From Neoechinorhynchus agilis (taxonomy: Eukaryota > Animalia > Acanthocephala): a DNA stretch of 64,000 nucleotides. This document shows, in pieces, positions 49,677 through 62,154 of this stretch. A program made the position numbers and the translations under genes. Below the pieces are notes generated by a model. The model did not search any database. It saw only the letters and a program-made list of their open reading frames with translations, and was not told the origin of the DNA. The stretch's first letter is position 1. Each line of letters starts with the position of its first letter. Location: positions 1,582,389 through 1,646,388 of the forward strand of contig CM121343.1 in NCBI GenBank assembly GCA_051530055.1. The letters are read 5' to 3'.

Positions 49677-51920
49677 TTAGCATCCCTGAAGGAAGTCGCT
49701 GACTGAAAAATAGATGCCCATCTCTTTGAAGTGTTTTGCAACTTCCTGGTCGATCTTGTTGTAGTCTTCTAAACTCTTTATATAAAACAATCTACGGTTG
49801 ACCTTTGCAATGGTATTCAAAAGTAAATCTTGCGCCACGGATCTTTCAATACTTTCCTTGATCGAAATTGCAGTTTGAAAAGCATTGGCGATGTCATTAT
49901 CAGTTCTAACCCGAACCATCTCCCATTCACCTCCGGCAACAACGCATTCAATTATCTTTTCATGGCAATGAAACAATTCATCCGTGAGTCGAATCCGAGC
50001 AAACGGCTCCTGATAATTTCTTACATACAGCAGCCCGCTAGATCCTATTTTTCGCTTTTCCATCACGTGTCGAGGAATAACCAATTTGAAATCAACCGAA
50101 TTCAATGGTGGAGGTATATATTTTAGCAGCTTGTCAAAGGTACCAAAAATATACGACATATCAACGGGCTGAAATATAAGACCGTCCGCTTGATGAGGGA
50201 GTTCATTTCGGAACATCTCATTCCAAATTTGTTTAGTGAACCTGAGGTCGTAAAAATCCTTCTTTCTAATCCGAAAAGGTTCTTGACTTCGCTCTATAGT
50301 CCCGTATTCGATAATAGCACGATAACGAGGCTGCATAATCTCCCTCCAAATGAGTTCCGATCGTTTTTCCTAATTCAGTTCCTTACCTGCAGCATGCCCG
50401 TTGAATGCCAAGACGTGAAATATAAGGAAATGGAGGAATCCGTGTATCACCCACGACATCTTCCACCATCTCTTCATCAAGCAAAGTCTGACGAACATCA
50501 TCTGTAGTGCAACGGTTCGTTACAAACGTAAGATTGTTTACCTTGAAGATTGAATTGCGTCTGTCGATCATATAAATTTCGTTTCTCTCGCAAATGCGAA
50601 ACAAGTACCGGGTACCGTCGGCCTCCCAGCTTTCTTGATAACTTAACTGCCGCAATGTTTCAATATTATTAACTGCCATTGATACCGGCTGGCTAACGAT
50701 GAATCCTCCTCCATGGCTAACTGGACAAAGTTCTGCAATGTTTTGCTGAATTTCGTCGATTTTAATTTGATTGGTGTCGTATCTCAGTCGATAGATGTAG
50801 GGAACATATACCGAGAATCCTTTGACAGACCTGTTGGTTGGCTTCCTTCAAGTGAACCATCAAGAATGGAAGAGTTTGTTTTTGTTGGTGGTTCAACGAG
50901 TTTCCTTTGTGATCTGAAAACTCCTTTCTCCGGGCTGAATGCAACTCTTTTTGTAGATGGAATCTGTTCCCGGCTTGCCGATTCCGTTATTTGTGCGATT
51001 TGAGACGATCTTTTACAAGAGGCTATATCATCCTTTAATCTCTTTCGCGATTTGAGGTGTTTTGACTCGTGTTTAACTAATTGAGCAGTGAGTGAAGTAT
51101 GTGATTCAGCTTGATTATCACCAGACGATTGTGAAACTCGTCTCTTTGACGGGATCCTTTGCTCGCCTGAATCACTTATACAACGCTTTCGTCCACCAGC
51201 GATCTTCTTTCTATTAATGTCAATGACATCGGTTTCCAAGCTTTCGTCATTTGCTTTCTGCTTCGATCCTTAATTTGTTCTCGTTTCAATACTCACTGCC
51301 ATTTCGTGTTCTCGGTAATTGTCACATCTTTAACATTAATTTTGCGTTTCAATAGCACTCTTTTTCGCCAACTTGAGTACCGTAATCTCAAGCCGTGAAT
51401 AAATGGGGGAGCTTGAATTCCCGGGGCACGACATCGCTGATATTCCGCGATTGCACTTCTCAGCTTCATTTTCGTCTTTTCAATAAGATACGAAGCAACG
51501 AGGAATCCTGATTCATTGTATCCGCGTGTACAATGAACCGCGATGGCTGAATTCGGGTTAGATTCTAGCAAGATATCGCAAATCTCAATGAATCGATTTT
51601 TGATTTCTTTTTTAGGGTAATCCTTATACCCATCGCAGGGCAGACAAAAGTGCGGTACATTTAAATAATCAGTAAACTCTTTATTGTCATAATATGGATC
51701 GTTATTTATAAGACTGATGATCCCGACAATAGATCGATGTCCGGCAATTCGGCGCATCCGATTAACAGCAATGGTAGGCGTGAATCACTTGTCCTCAGGA
51801 ATGAGCGAATCGTATTGTGACGATAAGGGAGTATTAAATACGATAAAGCGGTTTTCAATAAGATACGAACCCATCGACGTGGTATTTAGTCACCGTTTAG
51901 GAATTCGCAGAAAAGAGGTT
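49677..51920 (-). pseudogene. RNGTT: Disrupted bifunctional mRNA capping enzyme (triphosphatase + guanylyltransferase)
   Basis: IPKR*LN...TPLSSQYD...EDK*FTP, IAVHCTRGYNESG, SQPVSM...SWEADGTRY, TLLDEEM, ADGLIFQP, LLKY.PP.LNSVDF, WEMVRVRTD. In-frame stops, frameshifts and lost catalytic residues. Confidence 0.88.
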
Positions 51921-53488
51921 TTGTAACATATTTAAAAAACTTACAAACAGTAAGTTTCGTACATTTAAAACGTCAGCATTTCAAATTCAATCTTTTAGTT
52001 TTCATTATATCCCTCATTCCGCGCCACTCCATTGGGTCGTTGTTATCACGCTTGCCGTGTTGCCCCGTTGAATAGCCACACTCATCCCATTTCCAATGGG
52101 ACATTCCATCGATGGTCATAACGAGCAATCACCATGTCCATGGAATTTTAAAGTAAAAGTTCAAATGTTGCTGCAATATAAACACCCAATCGATCAATAT
52201 CGTCGACGATAAATCAGAGAAAACGCCTGAATCTTTGGATCAGAAACAAATCGTTAACGCTGCATGAAAGCACCGGAAATACGTCTCAAGTTGTGAATTT
52301 TTCAGGAAAAAGAAGCTTGTGAAATCCGAAGAATCATTGCAAAGTGAAAATTTTTACAACAACACTGAAAATACGGAAGAATCGCAAAAACCAATTAATC
52401 ACGATTTGCCGTTTTACTGTAGAGGATTACGCATTGGACTTTATAAGGATTGCGGGACATGGAATTTAGACTGGATTCGTCGAATGTTCCGACAATTCAT
52501 GTCAAAAGAAATTACAGCACAAGACCTTTAAGCATTACAAATCAAATAACTATTAAAAACGATGATAAATAACGTAGAGAAAAACAAATATTAATACTTA
52601 ATTGAACTTGTGAACGCAAAATTAACAAATGCGGTTCAAAGTTCCATGGAATCAAAATAATAATTAATTCAATCGAATGACGCAAGTTCGGTAAGTTAAA
52701 ACAGGAAATTGTATCGAAATAAAGATGAACGTATAAAATAACAAGTCGAAATCGATTTGTTGGTGATGTGAATCAGATGATTTTGCGTTTCAAGTTTTAC
52801 GTTACTTCCTTTTTCCGCTGTGAATTTCACGTACGGCACAGAAAATTTAATTCTCTTGGAGTCTTTATCAAAAATTAAAAACGAATGTGAAAATTGCTAA
52901 GTTGCATCCTGGAAACTCCGTCTTAACCGGTCATCACTTTTACAAATTTACATTCTCATCTGAAGAAGCTGAAATGCTCGATCGTTTTTAAAGTCATTCA
53001 CAAAAAGAGCAAATCTACAACGTTTTTGGAACTACGAAGCAAAGCTCGCGGTCGATGCGAAGATTAAAAAACGTGTATAAACGAAAGAAACGCGTTTATA
53101 TTTCTTAAAACGTCGATCGATTTACGACGACGTTTAAAAAGCTTTGATTTCGCTTATTTGATTTATCTTCCTGCGATTTCGAATTCTGAACTGCGCTTTT
53201 ATCAAAATATTTCGAGGCAATGCTGCTAGCATGATAGCGATAGCCGAGGAAGGAGAGAAGCTAAGATTTTGCGGGCGGCGGTGATTATATCCATTTAAAG
53301 AGATTTGGATTAAACTATGAAGCATCCACTTTTTCTTTAAAAAAGACGCACTCGAGTCTTTGAAATCGTAGATAAAGAAATTCGAAGAAATCAAAACTTA
53401 AAAATGTCGACGTGGCACGAACGACGTTTAAAATTTTTTTTGATTGCGTTTTTTCGTTTAAACACGTTTTTCACTCTCCGCATCGACT

Positions 53489-56400
53489 TATTATTTATTT
53501 GGGTAAGGCGCTTACAAGACTCGAACAACCATGTTATACTATCGTCGTATTTGAAAGATGAGTTACTATTCCATGCCCTTCAATTATTGCTTTATTTTCC
53601 TTTTGCATCGCATCCCGATCTCTTCCTATGGCTGATCTCGGAGCCTAAGAGACCAGAATACGATAACAAAGAATGGGAATACCAAAAGGAATATCTCCTG
53701 CGAGATTCTCCAGCATATTCTGCAGCCTATAAAGGTACAGGACTTCCCTTCCCTGCAAAAAGAAATAACGAACGGCTCTTAACATTTTTTCTATAATTGA
53801 GGCTATTTATTTGATTTCACATCTTTAGTTAATCCTTATAATTTGGACGTCAACGATTGTAACATATTTGCAATTCGATCAAGTAGGATAACGCTCCTGA
53901 TTGTTTGATTTTTAGTTGAATAAAGATTGACAAAACAATCATTTAAGTTAATTATAAACTTCGCCGCATTATACTTTGAGTTGAAGAACCAGGCTTTAGT
54001 ACAAAAAATTCTCGTAAAAAAAAGAAATTAGGTTCGATTTTATTCCGCTCATATTTTCAAACATCTTAGAAAACTTCTTGATAAAAAATTAAAGAACTCC
54101 AATCTCTGATCAGGTGGTCGCCCTCTAGCGAAAAAATATAAAACTCCTGCGAAATGGGTTTTTAACAGACTGACCAGGCTTTTATCAGCTACCCCGGGGA
54201 GCTCATCGAATCAAAGAATTTAGTTTATAAAAATGACTACTCAAGGAAGTATTAAAGCACGTTCGGCGACGAGTAGAAGGAAAATTTATCCCCAGTACTC
54301 TTGTACAATATGCGAACCCAACTGACGATAAACTAACATCAGCTTTAATTGCAACAGCTAAGGCTTTCCTGGAGCCAGCTGAATCATTGAGAGGGATTAT
54401 AAAAGAAATAAGAATACAAAAGTTAAAACAAACAGCGTGGGAGATAAAGGTGACCCTTGGGGAACACCCACTCTAGAGAAGAACTTTGTTCGACCAGGAT
54501 CAAGGTGGAAAAAATAGGACTTTGACTCTAACAAGGCTTTAATTTTATCTTGAATATTTTTCGGTACTTTACAATACCTTAGCGCCTCATAGATCACCTT
54601 ACGATCTATAGAATCGAAAGCCTTATTGAGGATCATAGAAATCAATTCGTCTCCGAAATTTAGTTAAAAACAATTCTTGATTCTCCTTGTCAACCGCGTT
54701 GAAGGTTTTGGGCGAACATGCGTGTGAATTATGGGCTTTGGAAGCAGCATAACTCCAATAAACCGAGCAATCGTTATTGGAAAGTCCCCAGTTCCATTTT
54801 TCACAATCACGAAACTCACCAGATGACGAAAAAGATATCTTAAAAATGTGATTAGATAAAATATGTTCTACTACCACAGGATAAGAGACTTCACCTATCC
54901 ATTTCGCCGCCTTAAGCCTCCAATAAACAAATTTCCTTTGCAGGACTAGGTCCCAGAATTGTTTCAACAAACCTACAACACCTTCTAATCTCTTTTTGCC
55001 CTCAGCAACCTGATCCCAATAGAGCTGCCTATAAAATTCTCCCCGTAGACTTTTAGCATATTCCATATCTTGATGAAGCTCCGCAATAATAACCTGCCTC
55101 ATCAACCTATTTGCTTCTTTGGACCTTATATGCTTTCTCACCAGCACCTTCTTTTTCAAACACGTTGAAGCCGCCTCAGATAAAATCGTATTAAAATCAT
55201 TCAGGGAGACAACATTAGCGTTCCACAAACTAGATTCTATGGATTGATTGAAATTACTCACCGTTTTGGGACGGAGGAGAACACAATGAAATCGTACCCC
55301 ATAACCGGATTCACTTGAATTTGTTTAACGACCTTAAAAATTATAGGAATGTCCTTTTTTACCACCAGCGCATCTAGATATGAATGCGACCTTCGCGTGT
55401 AATGGTGAAAAGAGGGTTCCTCTGTTGAAAATATATTGTAGTCCTCAAAATGCGAGCGGAGACTGCTTAGCCCGTTAGAGTTAAAATCTTCGGCAACCAT
55501 ATCTGGAGCCCAAAAGAGAAACCAAGACATCGTTTTCTTAATAAAAAGTCCTACTTTCCTAGGGGAAATGTATATATTGCATATAATAAGATCTGAACCG
55601 TTTTCTAAGAATAGATTTTTAATCTTAATGAACTGAATTGCGTAATCCGCTAACTTTATTTGAAATAACATTTGGGACTTCAGGTCTTTATGTATAAACG
55701 TTTGGATTCCTCCCGAAAAGCCTATATTGTTACTGTTTTGATTGAAAAGTGGCTTCAAAATAAAACACTCAAAGTTTGCGCCGCAATTCATTTTAGGTTT
55801 ATCACCCGTCTCCTGAAAAAAGATACATTTCAAGTCAAAGTTCAGTAATTGTTCAAGAGTTGCTCTCGTTAGTCGGGCCGCTCTCAACACATTAAATGTA
55901 GCGATATTTATACTTGCTGTCATTCGTTTTTATCGCTAAAACTATTTTTATTGATTCGTTTGGGCCGAGAGTCTATTTTGGGATCTCCTATTCCCCTCTT
56001 ACCCCTTTCTCTTACCTGATGCGAACTGATTTCCTTCTTGTTCATCCCCGACTTTCCTTCCAAACAGCTGTCGGATTTCTTAATGGTGCTTAAACTTTCT
56101 TTTAAGTTCGTATTCTCTAACATTTCTTTTAGAAGTTGATTTTCCGCTCTTAGCTTTTCTATTTCTAAGAGTAATTTCCCAATTTCCGCTTGAACTACAG
56201 TGTCATTTTGAGATCTGTCCGTCCTCATTTTAAACCACCCATCTCTCTTTTGAGAAAAGTTATTCCTCTCAGCTGAAGCCTGAATATTCCTTGCCTATTC
56301 AAAATATTCGACCGCTGCGGGGCAGAATCTCTTATAGGCCGGGTGCGCTCCTCCACAGTTGGCACATTTATTTTCTGATTTTTGCAATTTTCTTTCCTAT

Positions 56401-57207
56401 GATTTCCGGCGCAGAGCAAACATTTATCTTCCCGGTCGCACTGATAGGATACGTGTTCCCACTGGCTGCACTTCCCACATTGGGTTAAAATGTAATCATG
56501 AATATTCCCTTCCTTAATTTCTGAGAACCTTACCCAGAACGAAATAAGCCCCATCAATCTACCAACCAGATTACATGCGACATCCACCGACGCCGAACAA
56601 AGAATAGCAAATGGGATCTGACTAACCTTATCCTTTAAATATTTGATTGGAGTGAAACCCTTTTCCCGTTCAATTTCATCAAAATCCTCCTTAGTTAGAT
56701 TTAACGGCGGGTTATACATAAGAAACTTAACCTTCCTTGATATATTCTGGAATTCCACCCCCATAGAATGAAGCAACTCACAAAACCCTTTTTCTCATCT
56801 GTCGCAAAGAACGATATCATTGTCCAAAATTTGGTTTGGAGTAATTTCTTTATTTGAAAATCTCTATAGTTTTGTAACTTTTTTGATCGAAGAAAATCTT
56901 TAAAGTAGCGTAGAGTAATTGCTTCAATCGTGAAAGTTTTCAAAGCTTCTTTTTTATACGAATTATAAAATCATCTTGTAATCGTGGTAATTTAGGATAT
57001 TTGGGTTTTGAACCAATGTTCCCCCTCTTCGAAAAATCTGCCAGGTTAGATCCAGCAAACTCACTCTCGCAAAAACTCCCATGGAGCTTACAACCACCTA
57101 AATGATGTTTAGCTTCAAATACGGCGGGATCCATAAGGAACCTCTTCTCACACTCACCCCAACCACCTACTTTCTCATCGCGATCATCAGGAACGCGTAA
57201 CCATTTT
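53489..57207 (-). mobile_element. Compact LINE-like element 2 (ORF1 + APE-RT), decayed; its 22-bp 5' leader lies at 61351-61372
   Basis: ORF1 CGKCSQWEHVSYQC / CLLCAGNHRKENC. APE ATFNV...FFQETG...EDFNS. RT AFD, GVPQGSPLSP, with subdomains 1-3 apparently deleted. AT-rich tail 53489-53500. 14-bp TSD TCTCCGCATCGACT at 53475-53488 and 61373-61386. Confidence 0.9.
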
Positions 57208-57218
57208 TTTGCACCATT

Positions 57219-60200
57219 ATTATTATTATTTCACGCCTCATACAACATACACACAATCAATCTCTTAATTCCTCTTTCTTGCTTGATCAAATATGTCTTG
57301 GGCCCAAGATGGCTGTGAGTTGTGGGACGATCTCTTAAATCCCCTCACAGCAGCCTCGAAAACCCTTCTTTAAATTCTTAAGTAATAATAATCCTTTTCT
57401 TGTCCTGATCCTGTAAAAAAGAGAATAACATGAGAAAATCACTTACCTCATTCCTGTTAAGTATATTAGTTTGATTAATGGGTAAAAAACTAGATGGTTT
57501 ATTGAAAAAGATTCTAAGAATTGAGGAGTTGTAATTAAAGTATTTACAGCTAGAATAACAATAAGAATAAAACCAAATTTTAGACAAAAAAATTCTTGTT
57601 AAAAAGGAAAAAAGGGGTTCCGTATCAATATTATTTTTAATAAGAATACTGCTAAGCTTATTCAGCATAGTAAGATAAAATGATAGTCTGTTTTCTGGGG
57701 GCCGGCCTCGTGCGAAAAAGCATATTGAACCCCCTAGAAATATTTTTAACACTTTAGAAATAAAAGGTGGGGAAATTGATAACCTTTTGGCTCTTTTGAT
57801 AAAAATATCTGTTTTTGTCAGAAGACTTTTAAAGGAAGAGTTTATAAAAATTCTATGATTTTTACAGGGGAAATCAACACCTAAAATCTTGGAATGCGAT
57901 CTAAAATTGATATTAGGGAAATTGAAATTAGAAGATAATTCATTAATTAGAAGCTTCCTCGAAGCCAAAGTTTTAGTAAGTGGAATAAAGAAAGTTTTGT
58001 TATTGTTTGTAACTAAATTGGCTTTCCTAAGTTCCGACGACAAAGAATGCATAAAATTGGCTATATTATTAGTTAGAATAGAAGATGTTCTAGCTTTACA
58101 AAATAAGAATATATCATCCGCATAAACTAAAGGAAATATGGAAGATGATTTCTTTAAATTTTTGAAAATATATATAAGGGCAATTAAAAATAAGGTGGGC
58201 GAGAGTGGAGATCCTTGAGGAACACCATATCTAGAGAAAAATTTAGTGTGAGAAGGGTCCACCTCATAGTAAAAGGACTTGGATTCCATAAGATAGTTGG
58301 TTTTGTAGATAAGATTAAGAGGAACTTTAAGATTAACTAAAGCCTCATAAAGAAAGCCACGATCCAAGGCATCAAAAGCCTTATTAATACCCAGCTGAAT
58401 GAGAAGTTTTTGTACATTAATAGCTTCATTCATAGAATTAAGAGAGGATAAAAGCGATGTGACACCTTTACCTCTAATGAAGTCATGGAAAAAGTCGGGG
58501 ATTAGCTTTCTACATACTAAAAAGTCGTACAGTTTCCCGTTCACCGCTCTTTCTAAGCAAGAGACGATTGGGTTCTGTATGGAAATTACTCCGATGTGGG
58601 ATGCGTTAAATATACGTCCTTTCGTTTTGGGAATAAAAATTTTCTTAACAATATTTATGTTAAGTAGATCATTAAAATCAATTTTCGATAAACGAAATCT
58701 ACTAAAAAAGATAGATTTTACCTTATCAGAAATAGAACTAAAAATTATGGGTGAAGTGATATTTATATTATACGCTTTAGAGGGGTTAGATTTACAGGCC
58801 TTCAGAAAAACTTCAACTTCAAAATTCCACGAAAAGGACTTTTTATTAAAGATGGGAAGTGGAGAAGAACATGCACTAAGAGTATGTGCCATCAAAATAG
58901 ACTCAATTACTGCAGGATAAGATATAGACCCTATCCAGTTAGATGCTTTTGCCTTCCAACAGACCGGTCTTCTTTTCAAAATACAGGACCAAAAGTCCTT
59001 ACCAAAGGACTTAAGAGAGATCAGCTTCTTTTTGTCCAACGAAACTTGATGATAAAGCTTAGCTATGTAAAATTTTTTCATAAATAAGTTTTTAAGGGGA
59101 GCGTTACCATACAAGTCAGCTATAACAGCATTTTTATAAAATATGTTGGCTTCATGACAAACAGGAGGTCGCTTGATCACAGACTTAGTAATTAAATTTT
59201 TATGTACAGGGGATAAAATGGCATTGTTAAGGTCAGATAAGGAGGATGAAGTGGAAGAGTTCATAAAAGAAAGGAGATCATTATTAAATTTTGAAAAGCT
59301 TTTAGGATTAAAAACGAAAGTGTCCTTAAGAGAAATGCCATTATATTTAAAAAGGATAAAGTCATGCCCTAACAATCTCTGTGACTGAAGTTGGGAAGCA
59401 GGATAAAATAAAATAGGAATTGACTTTTTAATAATTGCACCATCCAAGAAGGTATGTCTATTAGATTTAACATTATGAAAAGAAGGAAATTTTGGGAGCA
59501 AAAAATTGTGAAACTTAAAAAAGGGCCTAAAAGCATTTAAAAAATTACTATTGAAGTCGCCTACGATAAAGTCAGGATTCCAGTAACGAAGGATATGCAT
59601 AAAAGATTTAGTAAATATACCCACGTGTCTGGGTTGAATATAAAAGTTGCAAAGGATAAGAGTAGGAGAGAAAAGGGATGAGGTTCCATATAAGGGATTA
59701 TTAAAAGAAATAATTTGCATTGCAAAAGAAATATTTTTAGTTTGAAATAAAATTTTAGAAGAGTGAGATTTAAGAATAAATGTTTGAAGTCCTCCAGAAA
59801 ATCCAATGTGCTGATTGGTTGACGTGGAGCGAGGGAGAAGAACATGAGAATCATAATTATCGAAGAGAAGCATTTTAGAAAAGCCGGTTTCTTGAAAACA
59901 CAGCATGTTAACATAGTTATCAACTACACAAGGAGTAAGAAATTTAGGAAGACTAGAAGCCCTAGAGGCATTATATGTGATGAAAGAGAAAGGACATTCC
60001 TTATAATTGGAACAAGTCATTAAATGAATTTAGGACGTTTGGAATCTATAGATTCCAAGTTACGCAAAGATGGGGAAATATCTCTTATAATTTTCACAAT
60101 CGATCCAGTTATTAAAGTTAAATAATCTAGAAAAATTGTCGGAGGTAGAGTCTGGTGTAGAAAGATTTTGCAGTTTGTGAAGGATCAAAGTAAGGATGTA

Positions 60201-61339
60201 CTTAAGTAATGAAATTTCTTTATCGGGATAAAGTTGAGAAGTATTAATGGAAGATTTTAAACTATCAAGAAAGGATTTTTCCGGAGGTTTGGGGGGAAGT
60301 TTAGGCTTGTGACCATCAGGGGAAGGTTGAGTCTTCGACTCCTTAGAGGAAAAACCGTCCGAAGAGAAAGGATTATGTTGTGGATAGAATTCTCTATAAC
60401 TAGAATTATGGAATACTCGCTGCTTCGATGGTATGGAATCGTCAAAATATTTTTGCGCGAATTTGCAAGAACGTGCAAAGGCCGGATGATTCTTGCCACA
60501 GTTTGCACAGGTAGCAGCATCAGAATTGGAGCAAGATGATTTGTGATGAGGACCTGCACAAAAGATGCATCTGGAGGGGAAGACACAGTCAGATTCGTGG
60601 TGCCCCCATCTCGAACACCTCTGACATATCGTCAAATTATAATCATAGATAGAGTCCCTGTATCGGTCAAAAGTGACCCAGTATGAGGAAAAATCCCTGC
60701 CGGAGTTAGCTAGACTCTCGGCGACATTGATAGTAGCTGAACATAGGATGGCGTAGGCTGAAGTAGCGTTGGGTCTAAACAGATATTTGACCAGTTTTAT
60801 ACCTAACTCATCCTCAATTTTGCGAAAATCAGTAGTATCCAAGTATTGAGGAGGATTCCTCATTAGAAAGGTGACTCACGAGATAGGTCAACAGATTGGA
60901 TGCTTAACTCCCCTAGCATCTTAGAAAAGAGGTCTTTACCGGCCGCATCGAAAAAAATAAACAGGATGTGGAATTTGGTCACAGAGAACCTCTTGATCAA
61001 AAAATTCATATATTTCTCACGACCATTCGGCAGTAAATACTTCTCGAAGAAATAACGCGAGAAATAGGAGGGGGAGTTAGTGCCCATGGCTTCTTTGGGA
61101 ATTTTGATAACGAAATCCTCTTTCCTAACAGGACGCTTAAACTTTGATGCGTCGATCGAATGTCCCATCTGATCCCCTATGGAAACTAGTGCACAATCAT
61201 TCAAAACTTCACAATCACTCGGGAGGAGGGGGATAGTAGGAACAAACCTTAATCTAGACATGTCGGAAATAGGGTTTATCTGATTGCTGATATTCGAAGC
61301 GCAATTTCGCATCACGAAACAGCGCTTTTTGGTAATTCC
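57219..61339 (-). mobile_element. Compact LINE-like element 3 (ORF1 + 880-aa APE-RT ORF2) with (TAA)n tail, nested in element 2
   Basis: ORF1 61312-60060 with a 1-nt frameshift near 60875 and three knuckles CQRCSRWGHHESDC / CIFCAGPHHKSSC / CANCGKNH. ORF2 60020-57378 is open: YN..FQETG, GDFNS, GVPQGSPLSP, YADD. TSD TTTGCACCATT at 57208-57218 and 61340-61350. Confidence 0.94.
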
Positions 61340-62154
61340 TTTGCACCATTGTTTGTTATTGTATGAATAATGTCTCCGCATCGACTGCGAACTTTGATTC
61401 GTAATTTCGAAACAATTGTCGATTTGCTCTTCTGCGTGATTTCAAAAGAGCTCGAGCATTTAGGCTTATTAAGTTACAAAATGAACAGTTGGCTTTTAAT
61501 GTTGCATTTTTGGCAAGAACTCGCCTTGGCCGTTATATTTTTATTTTGCTAGATTCGTGAAAATTCGTTCACACCACTGCAGCCATACGAATGCTCGCGG
61601 CGTTTGCACGTTGCACGGCGAGACTTATATTTTGGTGCAAAAGCAAGCGTCAAAGCCGTCTTACCCGAGGACTCATAGAACTCGAAACTTGCCACGCAGG
61701 ATAACTCCAGCAAACTCTTTAGATGTTTCCTAGCGTCAATTCCTTGAAGAAGGGGAAGGTGTGAGATCGCCGTATTTATTGCATCCTTCATTCAGAAGTT
61801 GCATTAGAGCGATGCTATAATGCCGATTAGACCGCGAATTGCAACATTTTTTATATCAATTGTAAAGATTGTACATTTCTCTGAGATGTTAATCTCCCTC
61901 AGTTTTTCGACGAATTCAGTCGAATTTACTTGTGATGTTGTTTCTGTCAATGAAACTGCCATTCATTGATACGATGGGTCTCATAGGACATCCTTCTTTG
62001 TATATTTTAGACAGACTATAAATTTTTGCAATTCTTGGGTATGTCTGCTTGCATATCTCCTGGCTTAGCCATCCACTCTGCCTTGCTTCAAAAGTTTTAT
62101 AAGCTTGTTAGTTAGCTTATTAGCAGACGATTTGTTTTCTTCAGTGAAGGTATT

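Noticed and set aside
49677-51920. Viral (endogenous) origin of the capping enzyme
   Set aside because: No neighbouring viral genes, and the domain order and motifs match the host metazoan type. It cannot be excluded without a phylogeny.
57165-57195. CTGATGA...GAAA near the start of element 2
   Set aside because: Stem II is only 2 bp, there is no usable stem III or stem I, and the sequence lies in ORF1 coding region.
60860-60867. TAATG stop-start overlap between ORFs 60863-61381 and 60060-60863, suggesting translational coupling
   Set aside because: Homology to element 2 (ISRKVKFLMYNPP vs LSRE/VTFLMRNPP) shows one ORF1 with a single-base deletion.
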